A DNA stretch of 64,000 bases from Methanobacteriota archaeon. GTDB lineage: Archaea > Thermoplasmatota > Poseidoniia > Poseidoniales > Thalassarchaeaceae. The stretch is from positions 3,217 to 67,216 of the forward strand of contig PBMO01000021.1 in assembly GCA_002722595.1 (NCBI GenBank). The letters are read 5' to 3'. Shown here in pieces: positions 62,362 to 64,000 of the stretch. Both the position numbers and the translations under genes were made by a program. Numbering within the stretch: the stretch's first letter is position 1; each line of letters begins with the position of its first letter. The notes beneath the pieces are model-generated. The model did not search any database and was not told the origin of the DNA. It saw only the letters and a program-made list of their open reading frames with translations.

Positions 62362-63453
62362 ATGGCGGACGAGGACCTCGACACGATTGAGAACATCTTC
62401 GCCAAAGACATGGATAGGCTTCTAGCTGCCAGAGAAGAGTTGGACAGCGCTCCTCCAGAGGAACCGGAATCAGTTGCAGATGCTTTTGAAATAGCAACTA
62501 CGCCACTTCCACCCGGCCCTCCTACTCCAGATCCTTTGACGCCCCCAACTGGACCTCCATCACCACCTCCTGGCCCCCCAGAATCAGATCCTCTGTTAGC
62601 CCCACTAGGGCTTCCATCTGCACCTGCAAGTCAGCCTACTTCTGCTCCCCCACCTGGCGTATTTGGAGCTCCACCTGGGCCACCTCCTAGTGGCCCTCCA
62701 TCATCGCCACCAGGCCCTCCATCTGCACCGCCGATGGATGCGATGCCTCCCGGTCCACCCGCGCCTCCATCTGCACCGCCGATGGATGCGATGCCTCCCG
62801 GTCCACCAGGTCCTCCATCTGCACCATCGATGGATGCGATGCCTCCCGGCCCACCAGGTCCTCCATCTGCACCGTCGATGGATGCGATGCCCCCCGGTCC
62901 ACCAGGTCCTCCATCTGCACCGCCGATGGATTTGCTCCTCCAAGGTGAACCCACTTCAATCACAGATATTTCTCAATTAGTAAATGAGATGGATAATGAA
63001 ATGTCTGATGCACCAGATCTATCTTCAGAATCACATATGGATGCATTGCTATCTGCAATGCCCTCAAGCCCCCCTCTAGTCGAAGAGATTTCAGAAGCCC
63101 CGCCTTCAACCCTCACTGATCACTTTGAAGAACCAGGTCCAGTTATACCAACCACTCCTCGCTTTGACAGAGTTGACATTGACTCATGGGATTCGAATTG
63201 GGGTGAAGATTGGAAGGAGGATGCCAGTGTGTTTGTTTCCGAAGATACGGGGCAGGTTCCAGCAGCTGTTCAAGACGATGTTGAATGGGACTCAGAAGCG
63301 GGCAGTGAACAGGAATTACAAATTGAAGAATCTCTCCCCAATAAATCTACTTTGAACCGTATGAAGAAGGCTGAATTGGTTTCTCTAGCAGAAAGTCATG
63401 GAGTAGAAGCCACTGGTACAAAAGCGCAAATCATCGAGCGTCTGCTATCTTGA
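62362..63453 (+). CDS. Proline-rich disordered protein with C-terminal SAP/Rho-N-like domain
   Basis: Pro-rich repeats; C-terminal LNRMKKAELVSLAESHGVEATGTKAQIIERL. Confidence 0.75.
   Translation: MADEDLDTIENIFAKDMDRLLAAREELDSAPPEEPESVADAFEIATTPLPPGPPTPDPLTPPTGPPSPPPGPPESDPLLAPLGLPSAPASQPTSAPPPGVFGAPPGPPPSGPPSSPPGPPSAPPMDAMPPGPPAPPSAPPMDAMPPGPPGPPSAPSMDAMPPGPPGPPSAPSMDAMPPGPPGPPSAPPMDLLLQGEPTSITDISQLVNEMDNEMSDAPDLSSESHMDALLSAMPSSPPLVEEISEAPPSTLTDHFEEPGPVIPTTPRFDRVDIDSWDSNWGEDWKEDASVFVSEDTGQVPAAVQDDVEWDSEAGSEQELQIEESLPNKSTLNRMKKAELVSLAESHGVEATGTKAQIIERLLS
62707..62931 (+). repeat. 48-bp intragenic tandem repeat (~4.7 copies; encodes PPGPPSAPPMDAMPPG)
   Basis: CCATCTGCACC recurs at 62719, 62767, 62815, 62863, 62911. 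Confidence 0.92.
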
Positions 63454-63488
63454 ACGTGTTTCTTGCCATCGCCTTGATATGCAATATT

Positions 63489-63513
63489 CGGCCCCGTAGG
63501 GGCCGTAGGAGGT
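63489..63513 (+). promoter_or_regulatory. Hairpin plus Shine-Dalgarno in the thrS leader
   Basis: CGGCCCC-GTA-GGGGCCG (63489-63505) then AGGAGGT (63507-63513). Confidence 0.5.
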
Positions 63514-63519
63514 TAGTAC

Positions 63520-64000
63520 GTGCTCAACATCACAGTCGGTAAGGACGCAATCCATGAGTATGCAGATGGCACCACCGCAGGTGAAGTTATCCGCAACGTT
63601 CATGGAAAGAAATCAGGTGCAGTAGCCGCACTTATCGATGGAATACAACACGATTTCAGTCATGTATTGAGTGATGGACAAACAGTTGAACCAATACTGT
63701 CCGATTCAGAAGAAGGTTTGTACATACTCCGCCATTCTTGCGCTCACTTACTGGCTCAAGCAGTTGTTGAGATATTTCCAGAAGCAAAACCTACCATCGG
63801 GCCGCCAATTGAAAATGGGTTTTACTACGATTTCTGCATGAATCCTATTTCAGATGAAGACTTAAGGAAAATCGAGAAGCGTATGAAAGAAATTGTCAAA
63901 TCTAATATTCCAGTTCAGAGAGAAGAGTATGGTAACGAAACATTGCGAGGAATGTTTGCGAGCAATCCGTTCAAGATTGAAATAATGGACGACAAAATAG
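63520..64000 (+). CDS. thrS: Threonyl-tRNA synthetase, bacterial type (TGS plus editing domain), 3' truncated; absent from ORF track
   Basis: GTG 63520 reads MLNITVG...LRHSCAHLLAQAV...TIGPPIENGFYYDF. Confidence 0.93.
   Translation, partial: MLNITVGKDAIHEYADGTTAGEVIRNVHGKKSGAVAALIDGIQHDFSHVLSDGQTVEPILSDSEEGLYILRHSCAHLLAQAVVEIFPEAKPTIGPPIENGFYYDFCMNPISDEDLRKIEKRMKEIVKSNIPVQREEYGNETLRGMFASNPFKIEIMDDKI

Noticed and set aside
62707..62931. Possible CRISPR array
   Set aside because: Units are contiguous, in frame and have no unique spacers; no cas genes in the window
62631..62980. Multiple overlapping ORFs in the repeat region
   Set aside because: Artefact of a stop-free GC-rich repeat

Overview
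Gene-dense archaeal chromosome segment. The mix of archaeal housekeeping genes (Hjc, Cdc48, thermosome, PyrI, TtuA/NcsA, MC1, TrmB) with bacterial-type genes (DnaK, ThrRS, class II photolyase, actinobacterial-type Sdh, TrhO) and large acidic secreted proteins best fits Marine Group II Euryarchaeota (Poseidoniales); this is inference. I find about 50 CDS and one tRNA-Gly(CCC), and no CRISPR array, rRNA or mobile element. The most notable items are: (1) an AT-rich intergenic region with ORB-like repeats (candidate replication origin) directly upstream of a Roadblock + PATAN/Roadblock/coiled-coil operon; (2) a carotenoid/photoprotection cluster (crtI, crtB, ABA4-like, ABC1 kinase, photolyase, two peroxiredoxins) containing a catalytically altered peroxiredoxin coupled to a TrmB-V4R-like regulator; (3) a speB-speD-like-DHS-like polyamine operon with no speE; (4) a type F-like succinate dehydrogenase; (5) small ORFs and hairpins missed by the ORF track. 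All family calls come from motifs read by eye; no searches were run.
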